The notes: generated by a model not told the origin, from the sequence alone. Counted from the stretch's first letter, positions 9,263-19,413 are shown. The stretch: DNA of 64,000 nucleotides from an uncultured Planctomycetota bacterium (GCA_963845755.1 CAWJTV010000020.1:512001-576000), one strand, 5' to 3'. A program made the numbers and translations.

Positions 9263-10313
9263 GACATTTTCGCCCGCCGCCGCCGATGCCCGAGGTGTCG
9301 AGGTTCACCGCGGGTTTACCCTGATTGAGCTCGCTGTCGTTGCGGCGATCATCGGGGCCCTCGTGGCGCTCCTGCTGCCGGCCGTGCAATCGGCGCGCCG
9401 AGGTCTCGCGGCGGATCGCGTGTGTTGACCATTTGAAGCAGATCGGGCTGGCGCTCCAGTCCTATCAGTCCACCTACCGATACTTCCCCGGCGTGGATAC
9501 ACCGAGTGTGTACTTGCGAGGTGGGCCCGCCTCGAACCACAGTTACTGCCCCCTGGCGCGGCTATTGGCCGAGCTGGACCAGGGACCCCTCTATAACGCG
9601 ACAAACCTCACCGATCAAGCGACTCAGCCGAGCTCGCTCTGGGGCAATTTGACGGTGATGAGTCTATCTGTCAGCCTTTTTCTTTGCCCATCAGACGTTC
9701 ACCCACCTGTCTTGGGATATGGGCGGGTCAATTATCGCTTCAACCTCGGCCCTGGTCCATGGTACGCACCGGGGCCGTCGAAGCAAGCCTCCTGGGACGG
9801 CCCGTTCACGACCCACCGCTTCTACTCCCCCGCTGCCTTCACGGACGGGCTGTCCCAGACCGTTGGGGTTTCCGAACGAGTCCAAGGGAATTGGATCAAC
9901 GCTGTCTGGTCTCCTGGGGACTACGTGCTGACCGGCGCCGCGGATTCCTACCGAGGAACCATGACGCTCGATTGGGCCGTCTCCGTTTGCGCCTCCGCTC
10001 CGGCGGATCTCCCCATCGAGACCAGGTCGGGAGAGAGTTGGTTCCTGAGCGGCTACCACTTCACCGATTACAACCACTGCATTCCACCGAACGCGACGAT
10101 CCGGGACTGCTCGCTCTACTCTTTCCAGGAGGGAATCCACGCGCCACCCTCCACGAGGGCGTCTTCACGGCTCGCAGCCGCCACCCGGGCGGGGTGAACA
10201 CGCTTCTGATGGACGGGAGCGTGCGTTTCGTCCGTGATGGCGTCAACCTCGCGGTCTGGCGGGCCCTGGCGACCCGAGCCTCGGGTGATGTCGTATCCGG
10301 TGATAGTTACTGA
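9252..10313 (+). CDS. DUF1559 prepilin-type N-terminal cleavage / H-X9-DG protein; frameshifts ~9398 and ~10143
   Basis: RGFTLIELAVVAAIIGALVALLLPAVQSAR; C..HLKQIGLAL..Y; FLCPSD; FTDGLSQT..VSE; SRHPGGVNTLLMDGSVRFV. Confidence 0.92.
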
Positions 10314-10314
10314 G

Positions 10315-10575
10315 CTGACCCTTGGCCCCGTCGACGACCTGGCTGACACGGAAGTCCATCGCCACGCTGCAGAGCATTTAGGCTTCCTCCCGGCCGAGCT
10401 TCTTTCCCGACGCGATCAGGTCGACCCCCTCGCGGACGTCGATCTTCACGGCTACGTTGAGGTCCGTGGCGATGAAATGCGTCGCCGTCTCAGCCGTCGG
10501 CCATTTCAGCCTCGCCCCCCTCTGCACGAAGAAGCGAAGGGTCCGGGTCTGCGAACTCTCGAAGGAGACGTCGCA
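10315..10575 (-). pseudogene. Acetamidase/formamidase family C-terminal fragment with in-frame stop
   Basis: LKWPTAETATHFIATDLNVAVKIDVREGVDLI...LGREEA*MLCSVAMDFRVSQVVDGAKG resembles the acetamidase C-terminus; TAA at 10378-10380 falls where Tyr is usual. Confidence 0.65.
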
Positions 10576-10590
10576 TGGGCGTGGGGTCAT

Positions 10591-10690
10591 GGACGTCGGG
10601 GGCAGACCAGGTTTCCGGACGTCGGGGGCAGACCAGGTTTCTGTTTTTTCCCTCGCACCGACTCCGAAAAAACCCGAAATCTGGTCCGCC
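10591..10690. repeat. Tandem 25-bp direct repeat GGACGTCGGGGGCAGACCAGGTTTC (10591, 10617) plus inverted partner GAAATCTGGTCCGCC (10676-10690); REP-like
   Basis: Exact duplication visible; inverted arm matches 13/15. Confidence 0.75.
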
Positions 10691-10707
10691 TCGGAAGGCA
10701 CGTGGTC

Positions 10708-10785
10708 GAAGGTGGGGAAATCGCCGCGATCGCGCGGGCCTCTGGGCTCTCCCGCCCGACGATCTCTCGGATTCTCGGCGAGGAC
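10708..10785 (+). pseudogene. Resolvase-type C-terminal HTH fragment
   Basis: EGGEIAAIARASGLSRPTISRILGE resembles the serine-recombinase HTH_7 terminus. Confidence 0.5.
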
Positions 10786-11082
10786 TGTAACGCCTCATCT
10801 GGATTCAGCGATGGAGAACCTGTCGGTCGGCAGTGTAGTTCGCGGAACGGGTCCCTTGTAACATCTGGATTAGCTGATCGCCCTCCGCTGGAAGGGCAGC
10901 GACCTGGGGGCGTTCGATATGGGCTTTGCCTCGGCAAGCACAATTACGCTACACTCTGGGCGGTCACACTTCGCTCGGCGGTAATCCACGATCTCAGGGA
11001 CATCAGGGTCCCTTGCCCAATGTCGGTTCCTGAATGAGCCCGGTCCCTTGGCGGCGGAAACACGACGAAAGGACCCATACTC

Positions 11083-11913
11083 ATGAATTCGACGGCGTCG
11101 GTGGTCCTCGCGCTGGTCCTGCTGGCCGACCCACAATTGCCGGCGAAGCCTGGCGCCACGGAATTGAAAAAGTCGGACACGTTGGCGGTCATGAAGGATG
11201 CCGCGACTCGCTATCACTTCCGAGCCGCCGCCTCGAAAGGTACGACGCTCTTGATTCCTGATCCTGTCTTGCGCTGGTCCAACCCGGTGGCCCAGGAGGA
11301 GGATGCCGGCTTATTTCTCTGGACAAGGCAAGGCCGTCCTGAGGCCGCAGCCCAGTTCTTCGTACGAAAGAATCTGTGGATGCATGAGTTTCAGTCGCTT
11401 TCGGAGGGTCTTTTTACCGTCGATTGGAACGACCAGACCATCTGGGCCCCGAGGCAGGCGGGCCTCATCTTCCACGTCGAGCCAGACAGTTGACCGCCAG
11501 ACAGCAATGCCACGCGACGGCTGCGACAAATGCGAACAGTTGCCGAATCGTTCACAGCATCCGTGGAATTCCAGTACGACAAGGACAGCCATTACGAGCT
11601 GCGGCTTCTCCCCCGGCCGCTCTACCGGTATGGTTCTGCCGAGGGGAAAACGCTTGATGGCACACTCTGGGCGTTTGTGCAGGGAACCAATCCCGAAGTG
11701 CTCCTCCTGGTTGAATCGCGTCCCGCACCCGATCAGACGTTGCGGTGGAACTACGCGTTCGCGGCGATGACTTCGTATCCCGCGCAAGCGAGGCGCAACG
11801 GAAAGACGGTCTGGAAGGTCGAGCGTCAACCGATCCCAACACCGACGACGCAGGGCCCTTACATCTTCCGGTACGACGTACCGACCGCCGATGGTAAGTC
11901 GAGCAGCCGATGA
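11083..11913 (+). pseudogene. Secreted planctomycete hypothetical protein with an in-frame TGA at 11491-11493; paralog of 47878 and 48713 genes
   Basis: ORFs 11083 and 11530 are in the same frame (EPDS*PPDSNATRRLRQMR). Shares motifs RLRQMR, LRLLPRPLYRY, DG.LWAFVQGTNPEVLL and W.YA.A.MT with the paralogs. Confidence 0.75.
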
Positions 11914-12464
11914 TCCCAGCATCGAACATTCTGCACGGGAGGGGAGTGGAAACCAAAACGAAAACGCAGGTTCGGTCATCAGCAGGAAACCGGTGACCGA
12001 CCATGCGGGCTCAGCCGCACCAGTCCGAAGCGCCCTACGGCGTGGCCGCCCTCAGCCGGCGCCGGATTCCTGAAGGGTCCCCTCGCAGGGTGTGCGATCC
12101 TCGACCGTCCGCGCCCCTGACCTAATCTACCGGTACCAAAAAATATTCAAGAATTTTATTTCCTTGTACTGTATAGACTTATATCAAGAATCCTGCCCGT
12201 TTCGACCGAAATGCGTTCTCCTTTTTTCAAAGTTGCGGCATCCTTATAAATAGTCCTTCGAAATCAACGCCTTACAGAGGCCTTTCGGCGCGGTTTGACG
12301 TGCTGCCCGAGTTGGGAAAGGCCCCCGGCCAGTCAGGGCGGGATCACTCAGCCATGATGACGCGATTGGAACATGACGGTTTGGTTGTGCGGAATCATCA
12401 AACCGTGCGTGGTATTATTGGGGTCCGAAGAGGTCGATGTTACGCTGGAAAATCCGAGGGCTCA

Positions 12465-12610
12465 CGAACGAAGCCATGTACCCTGGGTTGAGAGATCCCG
12501 CGGCTGCGAAACGAACCCAATCGCCGGCGTGACGCGATTCTGAATCGCCGAAACGAAGCCAACCGCCCGTGCAGCGCGACCGAAAAACCGCGAAACGAAC
12601 CCAATCACCC
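12465..12610 (+). repeat. Short repeat array CGAAACGAA(C/G)CCAA(T/C)C(G/A)CC, 42-bp period (12507, 12549, 12591; degenerate copy at 12465)
   Basis: Conserved ~19-bp cores separated by non-identical ~23-bp spacers. Confidence 0.75.
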
Positions 12611-12951
12611 GTACAATCTGCCTGACCGACCATCTCTCTTTAATCGACAAAACACGTTCGACCGACTGAGACACACCCACCACTCCGACCCGCAAATTCG
12701 TCACAATCGTTCGCGGAACAGCGAACACGCTCGCCGGAAACGCGACGGGAATCCCCCGCACGGCGGAATCCCGCCCGATCCGCTCAAGGTCGCCCGAGAG
12801 AACACCTGTCCATGGGGTTTACCCGCTCCCCTCTTCTTGTTATACTCTTGTTGAACATGGTATGGACACCCGCCGGGACGACTGGTCCCAGAGTCCAGCG
12901 ATCGCCGAAATCGTCCTGCCTCATTCGGAAATCGCTCGCGAGGGTCACCTT

Positions 12952-15827
12952 ATGATCGATCGTCCACCACGCGTTGTTGCGTGCCTTTGCGGACTGCTCA
13001 TCGCTTTCCTCGGAGCTCGCCATGAAGCAACGGGCGCGGATCCGCCCGCTGAGTCGTTGCATTCCCGGATCGATCGGTTGATGGAGTCGGCTCGTGTCGG
13101 TCCCGCGGCACCGACGGCCAACGACGCGGAGTTCTTGAGGCGCGTCTCGCTCGATCTCACAGGCATGCCGCCTTCCGTAGAGGAGTTGAGAGCCTTCCTC
13201 GCCGATACCACGGCCGACAAACGGGCCAGGACCGTCAACCGTCTGCTCGAGAGTCCACGTTACGCGCGTCACTGGGCGACCGTCCTCGACGTGATGCTGA
13301 TGGAGCGCCGGCCCGCCAAGAACGTGAATGCCGACGAGTGGCAGAACTACCTGCTGGCCGCGGCACGCGAGAACCGGCCGCTCAATCAAGTGATGGGCGA
13401 GTTGCTTCGCGCCGACGGCGCAGACCCCAAGCATCGGGCCGCGCGCGGTTCTATCTGGATCGCGAGTGCGACCCGAACCTCATCACGCGGGATGTCGGGC
13501 GAATTGTCTTCGGTCGCGACATGCAATGCGGCAGTGCCACAACCATCCGCTAGTCAAGGATTATCAGCAGTCGGACTATTACGGCCTGCTCGCCTTTTTC
13601 CAGTCCGGGTATGCCTTGACACGCAAGGACGGGAAGACCGAAACCACCCTCTATGCCGAGACGGCGGGTACCGATCTGGCGTTCGATTCCGTGTTCGTGA
13701 AGGGCGATCACCATGTGACCGGTCCTCGAATACTCGGGAACGCCGAGCTGGTCGAGCCGGTCTTCCCGCCGGGTGATGAATACCAGGTGAAACCCTCGGG
13801 TGAGGTTCTCCCGGTGCCCAGGCACAGCCGCAGGGCCAAACTCGCCGCGCTGGCGACCGATGGGAAGAATCGGGCCTTCAACGAGAATATCGCCAATCGC
13901 CTGTGGGCCATGTTGATGGGACGGGGAGTCGTCCATCCCGTCAACCTGCATCACCCGGACAACCCGCCGAGTCAGCCGGACCTGCTGAAAGCCCTGGGCG
14001 TCGAGATCGCCATGCTCCACTTCGATGTCAAAGCGTTTCTCCGCGAGTTGGCGCTGACCCGTGCGTACCAGCGCACGATCGATCTGCCAGCGGAGACCGC
14101 GCCGAACCCCGCCAGTCTCGCCGACCTGAAGACACGATCCGAGCGACTGGAAGCGGCCGCGGAACGAGCACGCGACGAGCACGCGAGCGCGGTCAAGGCC
14201 TGGCATAAAGCGGAAGACTCGCTGATCCCGCTGGTCGGCGAGCAGGACAAGGCCGTCCTCCAACACACCGCGGCGTCGAAGAAGAAGGACGACGCCCAGA
14301 AGGTCGTGAGCGACCTTCTGGCCCGGACCGTCGCCGGCCGCGATACCGCAAAGGCCCTTGCCGAGGCCGCGGGCCGGGCTCAGGAGGTTGTCAAGAAGCT
14401 GCCCAAGGAGAAGGCGCTCGCGGATGCCGCTAAAACCTTCCTCAATCGCTCCAAGGTCGCCGGGACGGAACTGGCGGCACTCGAGAAGGCGATCGTCGAG
14501 AAATCCGCCGCTCTGAAAAAGACCGAGGACGAGCTCGCTACGGCTGCGAAGTCGGTCGAACGCGGTGCGTGCCCGGGTCCGGCCCGTCCGCGAGTCGGTC
14601 CGAGCGAAAGAGGCCATCGTCCTGGAAGCTCGCCGGAAGATGTCCGAAAGCCGGATCGCGACGGAAGAAAACCAGCGGCGAATCGGGTTGCTCGAAGCGT
14701 ACGCGCGACGCAACGTGGCGATGGAGCAAATCGCGGCGAACCAGCGAACCGTCGTCGCCCGCCGTGATGCGATCCGCGAGGCGGAGAAGCAGGCGACCGA
14801 GTACGCCGCGGTCCTGCGGCCACGACAGGATGAAGCGAAGGCGGCCGAGGCGGCACGCGGCGCGGCGGAGCAAGCACGGACGGTTGCCCAATCCGCCCTG
14901 GGTCACCACGAGAAAATCGCGAGGAGCGTCGATGCCGCACTCGCGGCCACCGAGGCCGCGCAGCAACTCTTACCCGGGGATGCGACCGTGGCCGAGGCGG
15001 CGCGGAAGCTCAAGGCCAAGTCCGACGATCTCAAAACGCTCCTCCCCGGACTGAAAGGCCGGATCGATTCCGCCTCAGCGACTCTCCAGAAGGCCGACGG
15101 CGCACTGGCCTCGGCGAACGGGGCGCTCAGGGCGTCGAATGAGGAGAAGCTTCGCCGCGACGGCGCGGTCGCCGCAACTCGGGCCGCCCTGACCGCGGCC
15201 GAATCGCGCGCCAATGCCCTGCGGGCGGAGCTCGCCGAGGCGAACGACGACCTGGTCGAACGGTCGGGGAACCAGTTCGCACTGGCCCAGCTCAAGCCAC
15301 TCTCGCCCGAGCAGATGTGCTGGAGCATCTTGAAAGTCACCGGCGTCTACGATCGCTACCTCCAGGCCGAGGAGGCGGCGCTCAACAAGTCCAAGCCCCT
15401 GACCGGACCGGCGGCCAGCAACCCTGCCGCACGGCGCGCCCGCGCGATCGAGGTTGAGCAGCACACCTTCGACAAGCTCAAGGCGAATGTCGGCCCGTTC
15501 ATCACGATTTTCGCGGCGGCCGCCGGTCAGCCGCAGAACGACTTCTTCGCCACGGCCGAACAGGCCCTGTTCGCGGCCAACGGCGGATCGATCAATAGCT
15601 GGATCGCGCCGGCAGGCGGCAACATCTCCGAGCGAATGATCCAGGAGAAAGACCCCCGCAAGGCCGCGGATGATCTCTACTCGACGATCCTCTCCCGGTC
15701 GCCATCAGTCGAAGAATCGGCCGACGTCGTGCGCGTCCTAGCCGTCGGTGCCAAGGATAAACCCGCGGCCGTGCAGGAGCTGGTCTGGGGACTCCTCACG
15801 TCGGCCGAGTTCCGGTTCAATCACTGA
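12952..15827 (+). CDS. DUF1549/DUF1553 (PSD1-type) planctomycete protein with long coiled-coil insertion; ~3 frameshifts (~13445, ~13530, ~14563)
   Basis: DAEFLRRVSLDLTGMPP; QCHNHP; FNENIANRLWAMLMGRGVVHP..PSQPDLL; C-terminal LSPEQ..QALF..N..WGLLTSAEFRFNH. Confidence 0.85.
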
Positions 15828-15860
15828 TTCTCACCACACGCCCGAAAGGACGGTGATTCG

Positions 15861-17153
15861 ATGAAGTGCACATACTCCTGTCACTCTCCCGAACACGCGA
15901 TGGCGCGGCGGAAGTTCCTGGCCGGGATGGCCGCGACGGCAACGGGCTCGATGGTCGGGGGACTGGGCGTATTCGCGAGCCCGCTCGCAGCCGCGCAGCT
16001 CAACAAGGATCAGAAGCGGATCGTGGTCTTCAATATGCACGGTGGGCTGAGCCAGCTCGAGAGCTGGGATCCGAAGCCCGGTACGGAGACCGGAGGCCCA
16101 TTCCGTGCGATCAGCACGTCGATACCCGGTATCCAGATCTCCGAACTGCTGCCCAACGTCGCCAAGCAGATGCATCACCTCTGCCTTGTAAGGGGCGTGA
16201 ACACGAAAGAAGACGACCACGGCAAGGGGGCCTACCTGATGATCACCGGGCGCCGGCAGACTCCCGCCGCCGAGTACCCCAATATCGGGGCCGTCTGTGC
16301 CAAGGCCCTGGCTCCGGAGGAGAACGCGCTGCCCGGTCACATCGTCATCACACCCTGGGGTGGCGGCGGCCGAGGCAGCGACTCGGCCTACCTGGGACCG
16401 AAATACGCGAGCATTTACCTGGGGAATGGCAAGCCGCCCCAGTACACGACGCGGCCCGGCCAGGTCAGCGAGTCGATCGATTCCGCCCGCAACGACTTCC
16501 GACGACGGGTCAACCAGCGTTTCCTCAGCCGCAGGCGAACCGCCGTCACCGAAGCCTACACTTACTCGTACGAGCAAGCGATCCAGCTCATGAGGCAGCG
16601 AGAGGTCTTCGATGTTGCCAAGGAGCCGGCGAAGGATCATGAGCGTTATGGCAAATACGACCTGGGCCGGCATTGCCTGCTGGCGCGACGGCTCCTGGAG
16701 AAAGGCGCGACCTTCGTTCAAGTGTCTCACTCGAACTACGACACGCATAATGAGAACTTCAACTTCCACATCGAGCAACTGGGCGAATTCGACCGGTCGT
16801 TCGCGGCGTTCGTCGCCGATCTCGCCGACCGCGGCATGCTCGATAGCACCCTGATCGTGGTCCTTTCGGAGTTCGGCCGCACTCCGAACATCAACTACCT
16901 CTACGGCCGCGATCACTGGTCACACGCCTGGACCGTGGTGCTGGCCGGCGCGAAGGTTCAGCGTGGGATCGCTTACGGCAAGACGAACGCGAAGGGGACG
17001 GAGGTCGTCGACGGCCAGGTCGATCACGGCAACCTGTTCCACACCTACCTCCAGGCCGTGGGCGTGAATTCGACCGACTCGTTCGATGTCGAAGGACGCG
17101 ACGTCCCGATCGCCGACCCGGCATCCAAGATGATCCGGCAGGTTCTGGCATGA
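15861..17153 (+). CDS. DUF1501 family protein
   Basis: Tat-like RRKFL; GGLSQLESWDPKP; CLLARRLLEKG; YDTHNENF; SEFGRTP; GRDHW. Confidence 0.93.
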   Translation: MKCTYSCHSPEHAMARRKFLAGMAATATGSMVGGLGVFASPLAAAQLNKDQKRIVVFNMHGGLSQLESWDPKPGTETGGPFRAISTSIPGIQISELLPNVAKQMHHLCLVRGVNTKEDDHGKGAYLMITGRRQTPAAEYPNIGAVCAKALAPEENALPGHIVITPWGGGGRGSDSAYLGPKYASIYLGNGKPPQYTTRPGQVSESIDSARNDFRRRVNQRFLSRRRTAVTEAYTYSYEQAIQLMRQREVFDVAKEPAKDHERYGKYDLGRHCLLARRLLEKGATFVQVSHSNYDTHNENFNFHIEQLGEFDRSFAAFVADLADRGMLDSTLIVVLSEFGRTPNINYLYGRDHWSHAWTVVLAGAKVQRGIAYGKTNAKGTEVVDGQVDHGNLFHTYLQAVGVNSTDSFDVEGRDVPIADPASKMIRQVLA

Positions 17154-17208
17154 CCGGTCGAGATGAAGTCTTCCTCCAAAGGGTCCAATACGCCGTGCGC
17201 TGATGTGA

Positions 17209-17324
17209 GGATTCTCGATTCCAGATTCAAGATGGAGACGATTCTGGATTGTTCAATCTTGAATCTCGAATCCTGAATCTCGAATCCTGAATCCCTTTTG
17301 GGTTGCGGCCCGTCGGCCGCGTTT
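17209..17324 (+). repeat. Composite repeat copy 1: (GATTCnn)n..(nnGAATC)n heptamer hairpin followed by GGTTGCGGCC-loop-GGCCGCGTT
   Basis: Left arm ggattct cgattcc agattca; right arm aatcttg aatctcg aatcctg aatctcg aatcctg aatccc; palindrome at ~17300-17323. Confidence 0.8.
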
Positions 17325-17339
17325 GCGAGAAGTTCTGCC

Positions 17340-18366
17340 ATGGACAAGAGCATCGGTGCCATCCCGGCCCGTTTCGATCCCAAGCAAGCGCATGTCTTGA
17401 CCCAGTGGCCGGCCGGCGGACCGATGGTCTGCTGCCGGTTCGAGCCGAAGGGACGCTTCGTCTTCGGCGGGCTCGAGAGGCCGACGATCGCGCGCTTCAA
17501 CCTGACCGATGGTAAGACGGTTTCCTTCGCGGGCGGGCATGAATCGTGGGTGTTCGCGCTGGCGTTCTCGCCCAGACGGTGAGACGACCTACAGCGGCGG
17601 CGGCGACGGACGCGTCGCCGTCTGGGAGACCGCCGCCACCTCGCCCAAGCGAATTCGGACGATCGAAGCCCATCGGGGTTGGGTTCGCGCGATCGGTGTG
17701 AGCCCCGACGGCACACTTCTCGCCACCGGTGGAAATGATCGAGTGGTCCGGCTGTGGGAGGCCTCGAGCGGTTCTCTGATCCGCGAACTCGAAGGACACC
17801 GCGGGCATGTTTACTCGCTGGAGTTTCACCCCACCGGCAAGACCTTGCTCACGGGCGATCTGCTGGGAGCGATCCGGGAGTGGGATCTCGGCACGGGAAA
17901 GGTGATCGGCGGTTTCGAGGCCAAGGCCCTTCATACCTATGAAGCCAGCCAACAGGTCGATTTCGGCGGCGTCCGCGGACTGGCCATCACGCCGGACGGC
18001 CACTCGATCGCGGGCGGAGGGTTGCACAAGGCATCGAATCCCCTCGGGGCGGTCCACGAGCCGATCGCGCTGGTCTTCGATACCAAGAGCCGCAAGCTCG
18101 TGCGAACCCTGCTGACCGATGGCATCCCGGGAGGCGTGATCTGGCGGCTTCGCTACCTGGCGGACGGCGATCTGATGGCCGCCTGTGGCGGCACCAGCGG
18201 CGGGTTCCTGCTCTTCTGGAAATCGGGCGCCGACAAGGACTACCACCGCCTCGCCTTGCCGAACAGCGCCCGGGACATGGACTTGCACCCCGACGGGTTG
18301 CGCATCGCCACGGCCCATCATGACGGTCACATTCGCTTGACCCGACTCGCCGCCGGCGCGAGCTGA
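17340..18366 (+). CDS. WD40-repeat protein; frameshift ~17573
   Basis: GHESWVFALAFSP, AHRGWVRAIGVSPDG..ATGGND..VRLW, GHRGHVYSLEFHP. Confidence 0.88.
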
Positions 18367-18541
18367 GGCCGGAGGTATCGGCGGGGATCGGTAGGACAGG
18401 CTCCCGAGTTCGTTACGTTGTGTAGCGTCGGTCCAACTTCGGGTAGCACGAGGCATCCGATTAGCTTAGACTACGCTCGCTTTCGACCTCCCGGCAGGCT
18501 CCCTGCCAGAGATGCCTCCTCAAGGAACAAGGGACCCGTTC

Positions 18542-19348
18542 ATGGCGTGTCTGGTCGCGGAGACGGCCCGCGTCGATCCCGGCGCACGGTTGGGCGAGGA
18601 CGTTGTCGTCGGCCCCGACTGCATCATCGGCCCCGAGGTGGAGATCGGCAGGGGGACGCGGCTGTCCAGTCATGTCTGCGTGATGGGTGCGACCAAGCTC
18701 GGCGAATTCAATACGCTCGGCCCATTCGTCTCCATCGGCGGTGAGCCGCAGGACGTGTCCTACTGGGGCGCGCCCACGCGGGTGGAGATCGGCGACCATA
18801 ACACGATGGACGCGCGCGTGACGATCCATCGCGCCACCGCGAAGGAGGACGGAGTCACCGGGATCGGCAGCCGCAATCACTTTCTCACCGGTGCTCATGT
18901 TGCTCACGATTGCAAGCTCGCCGACCGGATCGTGATCGGCATCGGGTCATTGCTTGGCGGCCACGTCCACGTCGGGTCCGACGTGGCCATCTCGGAGAAG
19001 GTGGCCGTCCATCAATTCGTCACGGTCGGCGGCAATTGCTACATCGGCGGCCATTCGAAGATCACTCAAGACGTACCGCCCTACATGCGGGTTGAGGGGA
19101 ATCCGTCGATCGTCCGCGGCATCAATGGGAGGACGCTGAAACAGAGAGGCATGAAACGGGAGGCCCTCGCCGCTCTCCGCGAGGCCCACCGACTGATCTA
19201 CGTTGCGAAGATGCCGCTCGAGCAGGCGGCTACGCTCCTGGATGAACAGGATCGTCTCACGCCGGAGGTCCTCCTGCTCGTGAAGTTCGTCGAGTCCCAG
19301 CGCGAGGGAAAGGTAGGGCGTGGGCGCGACGGCGGACGGAGAACCTGA
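18542..19348 (+). CDS. lpxA: Acyl-ACP--UDP-N-acetylglucosamine O-acyltransferase (LpxA family)
   Basis: Hexapeptide repeats; GGEPQD, VTIHRAT, AHVAHDC, LGGHV, VHQFV, QDVPPY, GIN. Confidence 0.85.
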   Translation: MACLVAETARVDPGARLGEDVVVGPDCIIGPEVEIGRGTRLSSHVCVMGATKLGEFNTLGPFVSIGGEPQDVSYWGAPTRVEIGDHNTMDARVTIHRATAKEDGVTGIGSRNHFLTGAHVAHDCKLADRIVIGIGSLLGGHVHVGSDVAISEKVAVHQFVTVGGNCYIGGHSKITQDVPPYMRVEGNPSIVRGINGRTLKQRGMKREALAALREAHRLIYVAKMPLEQAATLLDEQDRLTPEVLLLVKFVESQREGKVGRGRDGGRRT

Positions 19349-19413
19349 CGAACCGGCTCGGGGGCGGAGGAACGTTCGGCCAACTGCTTTCCTTCGCAAT
19401 TCGCAACACAGAT

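Noticed and set aside
11491..11493. Selenocysteine recoding of the in-frame TGA
   Set aside because: The paralogs have no Cys at this position (Pro-rich linker), and I saw no convincing SECIS hairpin.
12130..12280. AT-rich segment with degenerate TAAG..CTTA-like dyads (similar weak dyads near 6140 and 54650) as recombinase or dif sites
   Set aside because: Too degenerate to define a consensus by eye and no integrase nearby; may simply be promoter DNA.
12465..12610. CRISPR array
   Set aside because: Only 3-4 cores of ~19 bp, not identical and not palindromic, with no cas genes; kept only as a generic repeat.
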